The notes under the pieces: model-generated
The model's database searches: none
Told to the model about the DNA's origin: nothing
The model's input: only the letters and a program-made list of their open reading frames with translations
Shown here: positions 10,320 to 20,004 of the stretch, piece after piece
Layout: each line of letters opens with the position of its first letter
Numbering within the stretch: the first letter of the stretch is position 1
Origin: an uncultured Verrucomicrobiae bacterium
GTDB taxonomy: Bacteria; Verrucomicrobiota; Verrucomicrobiia; Opitutales; JABDGR01
Assembly (NCBI GenBank): GCA_963765205.1
Contig: CAVXVB010000004.1
Location: forward strand, 207,266-271,265
Direction of reading: 5' to 3'
Length of the DNA: 64,000 nucleotides
Program-made: the position numbers and the translations under genes

Positions 10320-10706
10320 TCAGTTTTGCTTGGCGGGGGATTTGAGTTTCGAAATAAGGCTGGACAGCATCCTTTCAATTTCTCGGGCCGCATAGCCAAA
10401 TTCATCAAATTGAGTTGGCTCCAAGTATCCCAAGTTGCGGACGATTTCCAGTTGGGTTTGCAATTCGAACAGCGAACCGGCGGCAGTTTGCAAAAAGCGC
10501 ACGTAGTCCGGCATAGAGTAACGGCCAAATCCCTCCGCGATATTTGACGGAATCGAGATCGCCGCCCGTCGAATTTGCGAGGTCAGCGTGTAAACTTCCT
10601 CTTTTGGAAAGGGCTGGGTCAAAGCATATGCCTAGGTCACCAAGGCCATCGCTTTTTGCCAGACCAGCAAATCCCGATAGGTGCGAATGGGCAATTTTGC
10701 ATTCAT
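10320..10706 (-). pseudogene. Four-helix-bundle protein (23S rRNA IVP / TIGR02436 family) with in-frame TAG at 10632-10634
   Basis: Reads MNAKLPIRTYRDLLVWQKAMALVT*AYALTQPFPKEEVYTLTSQIRRAAISIPSNIAEG in one frame. Confidence 0.85.
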
Positions 10707-10756
10707 AAAGTTTCGGAACTATGCATTTAACAAACCTAACCTTGCTCTCATTGGGC

Positions 10757-11266
10757 TTAGGAAGCGAGTGCATCAAGCAGCAAATTCAATCCCATGCGTC
10801 CTTTGAAATTCTGCGCTTCTCCCATACGCATCCAAAAATACGGCCTTGTCGCCCCTTCCTCGCGGAGTTTTTTCATGCACCTTACGACCGTCTTGGATGG
10901 GATGAAAAACACTTCTGGTAGATTTTCGCTAGCAGGCCAATCATTGAGCCAAACAAAGGCATACCATAGATTCTTGTCGCCGCGCTCTGTTGCAGCCCAA
11001 GAGGTAAACCAAACATATACTTCCCCTTCGTCGTTCGTATTTCTTTTGGATTGGGTGCCGGTCTTTACTTGCACGCGAATAGCGTGACCACCTTTCAATT
11101 TTGCAACGAGTAAATCACAACCCGGCATTCCACCGCGAGGCATCGCAACTATAAGCCTGCGGCCCGAAAGGTAGGCCACAATGTAATGTTCGCCGCACAC
11201 GCCGATAATTGAGGTGTTTTGCTTTGCAACGGCAAAGATAGTTGGCCCCACACTTGGCTGAGTCAA
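10757..11266 (-). CDS. PD-(D/E)XK superfamily nuclease-like protein (PDDEXK_5-like)
   Basis: G..GEHY.V..L, PGCDLL and RVQVKT motif order; start uncertain. Confidence 0.65.
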   Translation of the reverse strand: MTQPSVGPTIFAVAKQNTSIIGVCGEHYIVAYLSGRRLIVAMPRGGMPGCDLLVAKLKGGHAIRVQVKTGTQSKRNTNDEGEVYVWFTSWAATERGDKNLWYAFVWLNDWPASENLPEVFFIPSKTVVRCMKKLREEGATRPYFWMRMGEAQNFKGRMGLNLLLDALAS

Positions 11267-11390
11267 ACGCTTAAAATCCGTGATGGCATATTCTCAACGA
11301 GGTTTGTGAGGCGCACAGTTCCGCAAAGGTTGACAATGGTTGGATGATATATGTCCCTTCGCCCTCTGCCCCTTCGCCCTGCGCCCTCCC

Positions 11391-12935
11391 TCACTCCCAC
11401 TCAATCGTCGCCGGGGGCTTGGACGAGATGTCGAGCACGACGCGGCTGACCCCGCGGACTTCGTTGGTGATGCGCGTCGAGATTTGCTGGAGCAGGTCGT
11501 GCGGCAGGCGCGTCCAGTCGGCCGTCATGGCGTCAATGCTTTCGACGATCCGCAGGGCGATGACCCAAGCGTAATTGCGCTCGTCACCGACCACGCCGAC
11601 AGATTTTACGGGGAGGAACACACAGAAGGATTGCCAGACTTTCCAATACCAGCCGGAACGCATCATTTCATCGTGCAGGATGGCGTCGGCCTGGCGGAGG
11701 ATGGCGAGCTTGTCGCGGCTGATTTCGCCGAGAACGCGTACGCCCAGGCCGGGGCCGGGGAAGGGTTGGCGCCAGACGACTTCGCGCGGCAGGCCGAGTT
11801 TGGCGCCGACTTCGCGCACCTCGTCCTTGAACAGTTCGCGCAGCGGCTCGACGAGTTTGAGCCTCATGCGCGCGGGCAGGCCGCCGACGTTGTGGTGGCT
11901 TTTGATGACGGCGGCGGGGTTGTTGCCGATGGAGACAGATTCGATCACATCGGGATACAGCGTGCCCTGCGCGAGAAAATCGGCGTGCCCGATGGACTTG
12001 AGCGATTTCTCAAAGACGGTGATGAACGTGCGGCCGATGATCTTGCGCTTCGCCTCCGGCTCGCTGACGCCCTTGAGCTTGCGTAGGAACAGGTCGCCGG
12101 CGTCGGCCACGCGCAGGTCAATGTGGAAATGTTTTTTATAAAGGTCCACCACGGCTTCGCGTTCCCCCTGGCGCAACAGGCCGTTGTCCACAAAGACACA
12201 AACCAGTTGGCGGCCGATGGCTTTGTGGAGCAGCGCGGCGGCGACCGAGGAATCCACCCCGCCGCTAAGGCCGAGCAGGACGCGGCTGGAGCCGACCTGG
12301 GTACGGATGTCGCGCACGGCTTGTTCAATGAATTCGCCCATCGTCCAGTTGCGGCGGGCGTGGCAGACACCGAAGAGGAAATTTTTGTAAACTTCAATAC
12401 CGCGTTCGGTGTGGGAAACTTCGGGGTGAAACTGGATGCCGTAGAAGTTGCGGGCGCGGTCCTCGATGGCGGCGAAGGGCGAATTTTCCGTCGTGCCGAT
12501 GGCGGCGAACCCGGATGGGAGCTGGCTAAGGCGATCGCCGTGCGAATTCCAGACGCGCAATTTTTTGGGCAGGCCAGCGAAAAGGCGGCCAGGTTTCTTA
12601 ATGGCGAGGGTGCCGTGGCCGTATTCACGGTGGTCGCTCTGGGCGACGCGACCTCCGAGCAGATGCCCCATCAGCTGGATGCCGTAGCAGATGCCCAGCA
12701 TCGGGACACCCAGAGTGAAAATGGCCGGGTCGGGCCGCGGCGCGTCTTTGGCAAACACACTACTGGGGCCGCCGGAGAGGATGAGGCCGATGACGTTCTC
12801 GGCGCGCAATTTTTCCGCCGGGGTGGAGTAATGATAAATTTTCGAGTAAACCTTGCATTCGCGGATGCGCCGCGCGATCACTTGCGTGTATTGCGAGCCG
12901 AAGTCGAGAACGGCAATGGTGGCCGGAGCAGACAT
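11391..12935 (-). CDS. guaA: GMP synthase (glutamine-hydrolysing)
   Basis: [42 protein letters not shown]. Confidence 0.98.
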   Translation of the reverse strand: MSAPATIAVLDFGSQYTQVIARRIRECKVYSKIYHYSTPAEKLRAENVIGLILSGGPSSVFAKDAPRPDPAIFTLGVPMLGICYGIQLMGHLLGGRVAQSDHREYGHGTLAIKKPGRLFAGLPKKLRVWNSHGDRLSQLPSGFAAIGTTENSPFAAIEDRARNFYGIQFHPEVSHTERGIEVYKNFLFGVCHARRNWTMGEFIEQAVRDIRTQVGSSRVLLGLSGGVDSSVAAALLHKAIGRQLVCVFVDNGLLRQGEREAVVDLYKKHFHIDLRVADAGDLFLRKLKGVSEPEAKRKIIGRTFITVFEKSLKSIGHADFLAQGTLYPDVIESVSIGNNPAAVIKSHHNVGGLPARMRLKLVEPLRELFKDEVREVGAKLGLPREVVWRQPFPGPGLGVRVLGEISRDKLAILRQADAILHDEMMRSGWYWKVWQSFCVFLPVKSVGVVGDERNYAWVIALRIVESIDAMTADWTRLPHDLLQQISTRITNEVRGVSRVVLDISSKPPATIEWE

Positions 12936-12948
12936 GGGAGAGAGAATA

Positions 12949-13022
12949 TTTACCGCAAAAAAACGCAAACGCGACGCGAGGCCGCCGAGAGGTATTGCGT
13001 ACTTTGCGTTTTTTGAGGTGAA
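12949..13022. repeat. Inverted 9-mer-type hairpin
   Basis: tttaccgcaaaaaaacgcaaa pairs with tttgcgttttttgaggtgaa. Confidence 0.7.
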
Positions 13023-13026
13023 GTAA

Positions 13027-13344
13027 TTAAAATTTCAACTTGGAGTTTTCAAAATCGCAATGGGGGCAGCGGGCGACGAGACTGGCGCGAGGCGCGGAGT
13101 AGAGGCGGCCGCATTTGAGGCAGTGGAAAAGGGATTGCGCGCGCTCCTGCTCATAGACGCGCTGGTCGCGCTGGTCGTGGTAAATCCAAAGGCCGAACAC
13201 GACGGCGAGGCCAATCGTGACACCGGTGAGGAGGAAGTTGCTGAAGTCCGGGTGGAACAAGGCGGGAAAATGGCGGAGCGTGAGGGATAAAAACGCAGCG
13301 GGCGGCGTGCCAGATTGGCCGCGCCGCCCGTCGCAGAAAATCAA
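13027..13344 (-). CDS. Small membrane-anchored Zn-ribbon protein (true start probably downstream of 13344)
   Basis: TM helix followed by CLKC...CPHC. Confidence 0.65.
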   Translation of the reverse strand: MIFCDGRRGQSGTPPAAFLSLTLRHFPALFHPDFSNFLLTGVTIGLAVVFGLWIYHDQRDQRVYEQERAQSLFHCLKCGRLYSAPRASLVARCPHCDFENSKLKF

Positions 13345-13375
13345 CCGCGCACATAGGCGCGGTGGCGGGATAAAG

Positions 13376-13921
13376 TTAGGTTTTGGTTTCGGCGCCGGGG
13401 GTGGAAACGGGGGGTTCCGTGGGTGCCGGGGCCGCAGAAGCAGGACCTTCCGCAGGCGGGCCGGCTTTGGCTTTCGCCGCGGATTTGGCTTTGCCTTTGG
13501 CGCCGCCTTTGCTGCGCTTGGATTTCTTGTAGCCCTCGTCGCTGGCGGGGATCAATTCGATCAGCGCCATGGGGCTGGCGTCGGTGCCGCGGGCCTGGAG
13601 TTTGTAGATGCGGGTGTAACCGCCGGCGCGGTTGAGGAACTCGGAAGCGCGTTCGTCAAAAAGAGTTTGCAGCGCGCCGGGGTTGCGCAGGCGGGCGGCG
13701 GCGAGGCGGCGGAAGTGCAGCTTTTCCGACCCTTCGGTGGACTGCTCGGCCTTCTTGGCCAAGGTGATGAGGCGTTCGGCGAAGGGGCGCAGCGCCTTGG
13801 CCTTGGCGAGCGTCGTCTTGATGCGGCGGTGGCTGAACAGCGCCGAGGCGAGCGCGGCGACCATGGCGGCGCGGTGCTCTTTTTTAACGCCCAACTGGTG
13901 GCGGTGTTTCTGATGGCGCAT
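13376..13921 (-). CDS. rplQ: 50S ribosomal protein L17 with Lys/Ala/Pro-rich tail
   Basis: MRHQK, IKTTLAKAKALRP, GGYTRI. Confidence 0.97.
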   Translation of the reverse strand: MRHQKHRHQLGVKKEHRAAMVAALASALFSHRRIKTTLAKAKALRPFAERLITLAKKAEQSTEGSEKLHFRRLAAARLRNPGALQTLFDERASEFLNRAGGYTRIYKLQARGTDASPMALIELIPASDEGYKKSKRSKGGAKGKAKSAAKAKAGPPAEGPASAAPAPTEPPVSTPGAETKT

Positions 13922-13927
13922 GACAGG

Positions 13928-14050
13928 GAATTGAGAATTATGAATTAAGAATTATGAAGCGAAGACAAAATGATGAAAGTTTCCTGGCTGACGGCCAACC
14001 GTCCCAGTTTTTTCCTTCGTTTCGTAATTCGTAATTCGTAATTTGAATTT
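13928..14050. repeat. Inverted heptamer-array element (gaattaw / cgtaatt)
   Basis: Left gaattga-gaattat-gaattaa-gaattat; right cgtaatt x3 then tgaattt. Confidence 0.85.
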
Positions 14051-14056
14051 TTGTGT

Positions 14057-15061
14057 TTAGACAACTTCGGCGGGCTTCTCCAGCATGCGTTCGTCGAACT
14101 TCATGCCGAGGGAGAGGCCGAGCTGTTCGAGCTTCTGCTTGATTTCGTTGAGCGACTTTTTGCCGAAGTTGCGGTATTTGAGCATTTCCTGCTCGGTCTT
14201 CATCGCCAGCTCGCCAACCGTGGTGATGTTAGCGTTGTTGAGGCAGTTGGCCGCGCGCACAGACAGCTCGATTTCGTTGACGCTCATGTTGAGGAGCTTG
14301 CGGAGGCGGTTTTGCTCCTCGGAGACTTCCTTGCCTTCGGTCGCGAATTCAATCTGGTCGGAGGAGACGGCGTCGAACACATCCAGGTGGTGCTTGGTGA
14401 CGGCGGCGGATTCCTTGAGGGCTTCGTCCGGGGTGAGGCGGCCATCCGTGGTGATTTCAAGGATGAGTTTGTCGAAGTCGGTCATCTGGCCGACGCGGGT
14501 CTGCTCGACCGAATATTTGACCAAGCGTACGGGGCTGAAGAGCGAGTCCACGGCGATGACGCCGATGGGTTGGTCGTCCACCTTGTTTTCATCGGCGGGG
14601 CAGTAGCCGCGGCCGACTTTGATTTCGATCTCGGCCTGGAAGCGGCGCTTGCGGTCGAGCGTGCAGATAAGCTGCTTAGGGTTGACAATGGTGATGTTCG
14701 AATCGGGCTGGATGTCGGCGGCGGTGACGGTTCCCTCTTTATCCACATTGATGGCAAGGCGGATCGGGTCGCGCTTGGTGGATTTGATGAGCACTTGCTT
14801 CAAATTGAGGACGATGTCGGTGACGTCCTCGACGACTCCTTCAATGCTTTGGAACTCGTGCTTGACCCCATCAATGCGGATGGAGCTGATGGCGGCGCCT
14901 TCGATGGAACTGAGGAGGACGCGGCGAAGGGTGTTGCCGATAGTGTGGCCGTAGCCGGTCTCAAAAGGCTCGGCGACAAACATGGCGTAGGTGTCCGTGG
15001 CGGTGTCCTCGACTTTGGCGAGGCGTTTGGGCAGTTCGAATTTTCCGAGGCGTTTAGGCAT
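14057..15061 (-). CDS. rpoA: RNA polymerase alpha subunit
   Basis: EPFETGYGHTIGNTLRRVLLSS, ELSVRAANCL, NFGKKSL. Confidence 0.98.
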   Translation of the reverse strand: MPKRLGKFELPKRLAKVEDTATDTYAMFVAEPFETGYGHTIGNTLRRVLLSSIEGAAISSIRIDGVKHEFQSIEGVVEDVTDIVLNLKQVLIKSTKRDPIRLAINVDKEGTVTAADIQPDSNITIVNPKQLICTLDRKRRFQAEIEIKVGRGYCPADENKVDDQPIGVIAVDSLFSPVRLVKYSVEQTRVGQMTDFDKLILEITTDGRLTPDEALKESAAVTKHHLDVFDAVSSDQIEFATEGKEVSEEQNRLRKLLNMSVNEIELSVRAANCLNNANITTVGELAMKTEQEMLKYRNFGKKSLNEIKQKLEQLGLSLGMKFDERMLEKPAEVV

Positions 15062-15101
15062 GGCGGGTGCGGAGTTGAATTAAAAAGGCGAGTGAAAAAA
15101 T

Positions 15102-15710
15102 TTAGCGGCTGTAGAACTCGACGATGAGCTGGGTGTTGATGCCCGGCTCGAGTTCTTCCTTGGCGGGCAGGCGGCTGACGACGCCGCGCAGGGCGTCGGC
15201 TTGCAGGGTGAGCCACGCGGGCGGGGAGCGGAATTGGTTCGTTTCGAGGCCGCGTGTGGCAAGCTGGCGGGAAGAGGGGCGCTCGCGCATTTCCACGATG
15301 TCGCCGGGTTTGCAGAGGTAGCTGGAGATGTCCACCTTGTGGCCGTTGACGTTGACGTGGCCGTGGTTGACAAGCTGGCGCGCGGCGCGCCGGGACTTCA
15401 CGAAGCCGAGGAGGTAAACGATGTTGTCCAGGCGCGATTCGAGGAGTTGGAGAAACTGGTCGCCGGTGACGCCGCGCATGGCTTTGGCGCGGTCAAAGAG
15501 CAAGCGAAATTGTTTTTCGCCGAGGCCATACATAAAGCGCAGCTTTTGCTTTTCGTTCAGGCCGGCGGAATACTCCGACATTTTACGGCGCAGGCGGGGG
15601 CCGTGCATACCGGGGGGGTGCGGCTTGCGTTCGAAGGCCTTTGACGGCGGGAATATCGCCTGGCTGAAGCGGCGATTGATTTTTTGCGCGGGTCCGGTGT
15701 AGCGGGACAT
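15102..15710 (-). CDS. rpsD: 30S ribosomal protein S4
   Basis: MSRYTGP, EKQKLR, LESRLDN, IVEFYSR. Confidence 0.98.
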   Translation of the reverse strand: MSRYTGPAQKINRRFSQAIFPPSKAFERKPHPPGMHGPRLRRKMSEYSAGLNEKQKLRFMYGLGEKQFRLLFDRAKAMRGVTGDQFLQLLESRLDNIVYLLGFVKSRRAARQLVNHGHVNVNGHKVDISSYLCKPGDIVEMRERPSSRQLATRGLETNQFRSPPAWLTLQADALRGVVSRLPAKEELEPGINTQLIVEFYSR

Positions 15711-15720
15711 GTGAAAGGGA

Positions 15721-15752
15721 AGTTTCGAGTTTCGAGTTTCGAGTTTTTAGTT
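15721..15752. repeat. Solo heptamer array (agtttcg) upstream of rpsD
   Basis: agtttcg x3 then agttttt. Confidence 0.8.
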
Positions 15753-15786
15753 ACTCGGATCGAAGCCCAGTGGCGGGAGAAAGGGT

Positions 15787-16434
15787 TTAGACGCGGCGGC
15801 GTTTGCGGGGGCGGCAGCCGTTGTGGGGGACGGGAGTGACATCGGTAATCGAGCCGACGGCCATGCCAAGGGTTTGCAGGGCGCGGATGGCGGAATCGCG
15901 ACCGAGGCCAGGCCCGCGCACTTTTACGATAATGTCCTTGAGGCCGTGCGCCATGGCGGCGCGGCCGGCTTCCTGGGTGACGACTTGCGCGGCGTAGGCG
16001 GTGGATTTGCGCGAGCCGCGGAAATTGCACTTGCCCGAGGAGGACCAGGAGATGACGTTGCCCTGCAAGTCGGAGAAGGTGACCTTGGTGTTGTTGAAGG
16101 TGGCGAGGATGTGGCAGATGCCGTGCGTGATGTTCTTGCTGCCTTTGGCGCGGCGGACTTTGGCGGCGCCGAGGTCGTCGGTGAGCGTATCTTTCACGGC
16201 GGCGGCCTTGTCGCCGGCGGTGGCGGGGGCTTTGCCTTCAGCGGCAGGCCCTTCGGCAGGCTCAGGGCGGGCGGCGTCCTCCTTGCCGGCTTTGGGCGCG
16301 GGGGATTCTTTCGCGGCCTTGGGGGCGGCGGCGGTGGCGTCCTTGGCCTTGGGGGCCTTGGGTTTTTTCTCCGCGGAAGCTTTCTCCGGGGCTGCGCCCG
16401 GGGGAGAGGTGGGTTTTTCCTGCTCGTCGCTCAT
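15787..16434 (-). CDS. rpsK: 30S ribosomal protein S11 with long N-terminal extension
   Basis: [26 protein letters not shown]. Confidence 0.96.
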   Translation of the reverse strand: MSDEQEKPTSPPGAAPEKASAEKKPKAPKAKDATAAAPKAAKESPAPKAGKEDAARPEPAEGPAAEGKAPATAGDKAAAVKDTLTDDLGAAKVRRAKGSKNITHGICHILATFNNTKVTFSDLQGNVISWSSSGKCNFRGSRKSTAYAAQVVTQEAGRAAMAHGLKDIIVKVRGPGLGRDSAIRALQTLGMAVGSITDVTPVPHNGCRPRKRRRV

Positions 16435-16439
16435 AAAAT

Positions 16440-16817
16440 TTATTCGGCTTTCTTGATAACACCGACGGTCTTGCGCGCGCCCTTGCGGGTGCGGGCGTTG
16501 GTGCGGGTGCGCTGGCCGCGCACGGGGAGACGGTGGATGTGGCGGATGCCCCGGTAGCACTTGATGGCTTGGAGGCGTTTCAAATTCGAAGTGATTTCCC
16601 GGCGCAGGTCGCCTTCGACTTTCCAACCGCGCTCGCCGATGAATTGGACGATGCGGTTGATTTGTTCCTCGCTTAGCTCCTGGGAGCGCAGCGCGGGGTC
16701 AATGTGCAGCGTGGAGATAATTAAATCCGCGCGGGTGGGGCCTACGCCGTAGATGTAGCGTAAAGCGTAGGAGACCCGTTTGTTGTTCGGGATGTCAATG
16801 CCGAGGAGGCGAGGCAT
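16440..16817 (-). CDS. rpsM: 30S ribosomal protein S13
   Basis: [32 protein letters not shown]. Confidence 0.97.
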   Translation of the reverse strand: MPRLLGIDIPNNKRVSYALRYIYGVGPTRADLIISTLHIDPALRSQELSEEQINRIVQFIGERGWKVEGDLRREITSNLKRLQAIKCYRGIRHIHRLPVRGQRTRTNARTRKGARKTVGVIKKAE

Positions 16818-16940
16818 GGCGTTTTGGTGGGCGGCCCAGTAGCGCGCGCCGGGTGGCGCGGTCAGGGGAAAAGGGGCCACTATAATGATTTATGGATGTT
16901 TGGGAAGGAAAATCGTGTCAAATCGGAGGGGGGAGGGCCG

Positions 16941-16980
16941 GAAGAGAGAAGTCAGAAACTAGAAGTTAGAAGCGGGAACT
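16941..16980. repeat. Degenerate heptamer array (agaagty)
   Basis: agaagtc-agaaact-agaagtt-agaagcg. Confidence 0.6.
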
Positions 16981-17000
16981 GAGCATCCGGCACGCAGAAT

Positions 17001-17831
17001 TCAAGCATGGAGGGAGGTGAGGGCGGGCTGACCAACGGTTGCGGAAGTGGTAGAAGCAGCCGGCCTGGTGGGCGGCAACGTGAGGATTTCCGGGCCGTGC
17101 GGGGTGATGTGGACAGTATGTTCGTAGTGGGCGCTGGGGCGGCGGTCGCGGGTGATCGCAGTCCAATGGTCGTTAGAGTATTCGATGTCGGCGGTGCCGA
17201 GGTTGACCATTGGCTCAATGGCGATGCACATGCCGGGTTTGAGCTTTTCGAGGGTGTTGGGCTTGCCGAAATTGGGGACTTGAGGCGGCTCGTGCATGGT
17301 GCGGCCCACGCCGTGGCCGACGAACTCGCGCACGACGTTCATGCCGCGGGCTTCCACCAGAGACTGAATGGCATGGGCGATGTCGCCGACGCGGCGGCCC
17401 AGGCGGGCTTCGGCGATGCCGGCGCGAAGGGCGTCCTGCGTGGTGTCGAGCAGGCGTTGGACGTCGGGCGCAATGGGGGGCAGCGCAACAGTGCGGGCGT
17501 TGTCGCCAATCCAACCTTTGTGGCGGATAGCGATGTCCACGGCGATAATGTCGCCGTGGCGCAGAACTCGGCGCAGGGAACCGATGCCGTGGACGACTTC
17601 CTCGTTGACGGAGAGACAGGTGAAGGCGGGAAAGCGGCGGGAGCCGACCTTATAATTGTAGCAGGCGCTTTCCGCGCCGAGTTCCGACATGAAGCGTTTG
17701 GCGGCCTGATCCAAATCGTAGGTGGTGACGCCGGGGACGACGAGCGCGCAGACGCGGTCCAACACGTCGGCCGCGATGCGGCAGGCCTCGCGGATCGAGC
17801 GGATTTCCATTTCGGAGCGCAGGGCGATCAT
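17001..17831 (-). CDS. map: Type I methionine aminopeptidase
   Basis: CLSVNEEVVHGI, GHGVG, HEPP, IEPM, AHYEHT. Confidence 0.97.
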   Translation of the reverse strand: MIALRSEMEIRSIREACRIAADVLDRVCALVVPGVTTYDLDQAAKRFMSELGAESACYNYKVGSRRFPAFTCLSVNEEVVHGIGSLRRVLRHGDIIAVDIAIRHKGWIGDNARTVALPPIAPDVQRLLDTTQDALRAGIAEARLGRRVGDIAHAIQSLVEARGMNVVREFVGHGVGRTMHEPPQVPNFGKPNTLEKLKPGMCIAIEPMVNLGTADIEYSNDHWTAITRDRRPSAHYEHTVHITPHGPEILTLPPTRPAASTTSATVGQPALTSLHA

Positions 17832-17836
17832 GGCGG

Positions 17837-19336
17837 TTAGTGGGAGCGGTTATACAACCACGCAAGAACGCCGGCAAAGATGAGGCCGAGCAGGGGAATC
17901 CAGAGGGGGCGCAGGTCGCGGATTTCCTGCTGGTCCAGGGTCTGGGTGGCGCGGGAGGCGTTGCTCTTGGCGCGGCCCTTGCGCAGGAAGCCGTCGTAGT
18001 GACGCTGCAGAAGGTAGGTCTCCACCTGACGCATGGTGTCGAGCAAAACAGCGACCATGATCAACATGCTGGAGCCGCCGAAGTATTGCGCAATGTTATA
18101 GGGAACGTTGGCCTCGTGATAGAGGACCTGGGGGATGACCGCGATGGCGGTAAGCGCGATGGCGCCGGCAAAAGTGAGGCGGTCCATCGTGAAAGCGAGG
18201 AATTTGGCGGTGGGTTCGCCCGGCGGCACGCCGGGGACGTAGCCGCCGGCGCGCTTGATTTCATCGGCGACTTGGATGGGCTTGAACATCAAGGAGACCC
18301 AGAAGTAGCTAAAAACGAAAATGAGAAAGGTGTAGATGGTGTAAAATTGCCAGGTGCCGCTGGCGAAGATACCGGCAATGTTCTGGAAGACCGTGATGCC
18401 GAACCAGGCGTGCAAGTAGGTAAAGAGCTGTTGCGGGAACATCAGGATCGCGCTGGCGAAGATGATGGGCATTACGCCGGCAAAGTTCGCCTTGAGCGGC
18501 AGAAAGCTGCTTTGGCTTTGGAACACGCGGCGGCCCACGACGCGCTTGGCGTAATGCACGGGGACTTTCCTCATGCCCTGGGTCAGCGCGATGATGCTGG
18601 CCACCACGATGAAGAGCAGTGCGAGCATGAGGATGATCTGGCTGCTGCTCAGGCGGTCGCCGGCGCCCAGAGAGGGGTTGAGCATCTGCCAGACTTCCAT
18701 GCCGGCGTTGGGCAGGCCGGACAAAATGTTGATGGTGATGAGCAGCGAAGTGCCGTTGCCGATGCCGAATTGGGTAATCTGCTCGCCCACCCACATCAGC
18801 AGCAGCGCGCCTGCCGTCATGATGATCGTGCCGCAGACAATGAACCACGGTCGCGACATGATCACAATCGCGCCGTATTGGGCCTCGCTGTATTGCGACA
18901 GGATTTGCGCGGGGAAGTAGGCCAGCGCGTAAAGGATCATGAGCGACTGGATGGCGGCGATGCCGATAGTGGCGTAGCGCGTGTATTGGGAGATTTTCTG
19001 GCGGCCGACGTCGCCTTCCTGTTGCAAGCGCGCCATGTGCGGCTCAATCGCGGCGAACAACTGCATGAAGATCGAGGCGTTGATGTAGGGCATGATGCCC
19101 AGGGCGAGGATCGAGCCGCTGCGCAGGGCGCCACCGGTGAACAAATTCAACATGCCCAGCATCCCCGCGCCGCTGTGGTGCTGCATCATGTCGTAATATT
19201 TTTGGATCGGCGTCGGGTCCAGCCCCGGCAGCGGAATGTGCGTGCCCAGGCGCACGACGCAGACCAGCCCGAGTGTCAGCAGGATGCGCTGGCGCAACTC
19301 GGGGATTTTCAGGCAGTTGAGAAAGGCGGAAATCAT
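17837..19336 (-). CDS. secY: Preprotein translocase SecY with an extra C-terminal hydrophobic helix
   Basis: SILALGIMPYINASI, GEQIT..GIGNG, NFAGVMPIIFA, GGYVPGV. Confidence 0.97.
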   Translation of the reverse strand: MISAFLNCLKIPELRQRILLTLGLVCVVRLGTHIPLPGLDPTPIQKYYDMMQHHSGAGMLGMLNLFTGGALRSGSILALGIMPYINASIFMQLFAAIEPHMARLQQEGDVGRQKISQYTRYATIGIAAIQSLMILYALAYFPAQILSQYSEAQYGAIVIMSRPWFIVCGTIIMTAGALLLMWVGEQITQFGIGNGTSLLITINILSGLPNAGMEVWQMLNPSLGAGDRLSSSQIILMLALLFIVVASIIALTQGMRKVPVHYAKRVVGRRVFQSQSSFLPLKANFAGVMPIIFASAILMFPQQLFTYLHAWFGITVFQNIAGIFASGTWQFYTIYTFLIFVFSYFWVSLMFKPIQVADEIKRAGGYVPGVPPGEPTAKFLAFTMDRLTFAGAIALTAIAVIPQVLYHEANVPYNIAQYFGGSSMLIMVAVLLDTMRQVETYLLQRHYDGFLRKGRAKSNASRATQTLDQQEIRDLRPLWIPLLGLIFAGVLAWLYNRSH

Positions 19337-19340
19337 GAAG

Positions 19341-19375
19341 GAAAATTACGAAACTCGAATAACGAATTACGAAAC
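19341..19375. repeat. Solo heptamer array (gaattac) upstream of secY
   Basis: aaattac-gaaactc-gaataac-gaattac. Confidence 0.65.
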
Positions 19376-19390
19376 AAAGCAGGGCGGCGC

Positions 19391-19879
19391 CTACTTCTTG
19401 GTGGCGGGTTTCGCTTCGTCGGTCGGCGGGGCGGGCGGGGCGAGTTCGACGGCCTGGCCGCCGGCCTGGGTGATCTTCTCGCGCGCGGAGCCGGAGAACT
19501 TATGGGCCTTGACGGTGAGGGCGCGGTCGAGCACGCCGGTACCAAGGATCTTCAAGAGCAGGCCGGGTTTGCGGATGAGGCCGGCGGCGGCGAGCACGGC
19601 GGCGTCGACTTCGTTGCCGGTAATGCGGCCAAGGTCGCCGACGTTGACGAGGGCGTATTCGGTGCGGAACTTGAAATTGGAGAAACCGCGGTGGGGGAGT
19701 TTGCGGTAGAGGGGCATCTGGCCGCCTTCGTAGCCGGGGCGCACGCCGCCGCCGGAGCGGGCCTTCATGCCCTTGTTGCCGCGCCCGCAGGTGTGGCCGT
19801 GGCCGGAGCCGACGCCGCAGCCGACGCGCCGCCGGCGGTTCTTCGTGCCGGGGTTATTGGTGAGGAGGTGAAGTTTCAT
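19391..19879 (-). CDS. rplO: 50S ribosomal protein L15
   Basis: GRGNKG..ARSG, YEGGQMPLYRKLP. Confidence 0.97.
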   Translation of the reverse strand: MKLHLLTNNPGTKNRRRRVGCGVGSGHGHTCGRGNKGMKARSGGGVRPGYEGGQMPLYRKLPHRGFSNFKFRTEYALVNVGDLGRITGNEVDAAVLAAAGLIRKPGLLLKILGTGVLDRALTVKAHKFSGSAREKITQAGGQAVELAPPAPPTDEAKPATKK

Positions 19880-19883
19880 GGGA

Positions 19884-20004
19884 AAATAAGATTTAAGATT
19901 TAGGATTTAAGATTTAGGAAGTGGCTGATGCAGAAAGTTTGCGGAATCCCTCAAGGTTTGGTGAAGGGGCTTATTTCATAAATCTTAAATCATAATTCCT
20001 AATT
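19884..20004. repeat. Inverted heptamer-array element (gatttar / ttaaatc) at the usual rpmD position
   Basis: Left gatttaa-gatttag-gatttaa-gatttag; right ataaatc-ttaaatc-ataattc. Confidence 0.85.

Larger units (their letters stand above)
10263..11390. mobile_element. Candidate cassette bounded by inverted heptamer arrays (agggcag / ctgccct) carrying two AT-richer genes
   Basis: Arm 10263-10299 closely matches the reverse complement of arm 11357-11390; the interior is AT-richer than the flanks. Confidence 0.6.

Noticed and set aside
10632..10634. Genome-wide TAG reassignment
   Set aside because: Conserved genes such as ruvB, rplN and phoB end normally at TAG
10320..10706. Diversity-generating retroelement suggested by the Avd-like fold
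   Set aside because: No reverse transcriptase or template/variable repeat pair is visible in the window
13928..14050. Repeat arrays interpreted as CRISPR
   Set aside because: Units are 7-9 nt, tandem and inverted; there are no 25-45 nt direct repeats with spacers and no cas genes
16818..17000. Hidden rpmJ or infA between map and rpsM
   Set aside because: No matching ORF was found on reading the minus strand
17840..19903. Long antisense ORFs (also 4079-5689, 28493-29779, 50800-52353, 55549-56904)
   Set aside because: Shadow frames of real high-GC genes with no recognisable motifs
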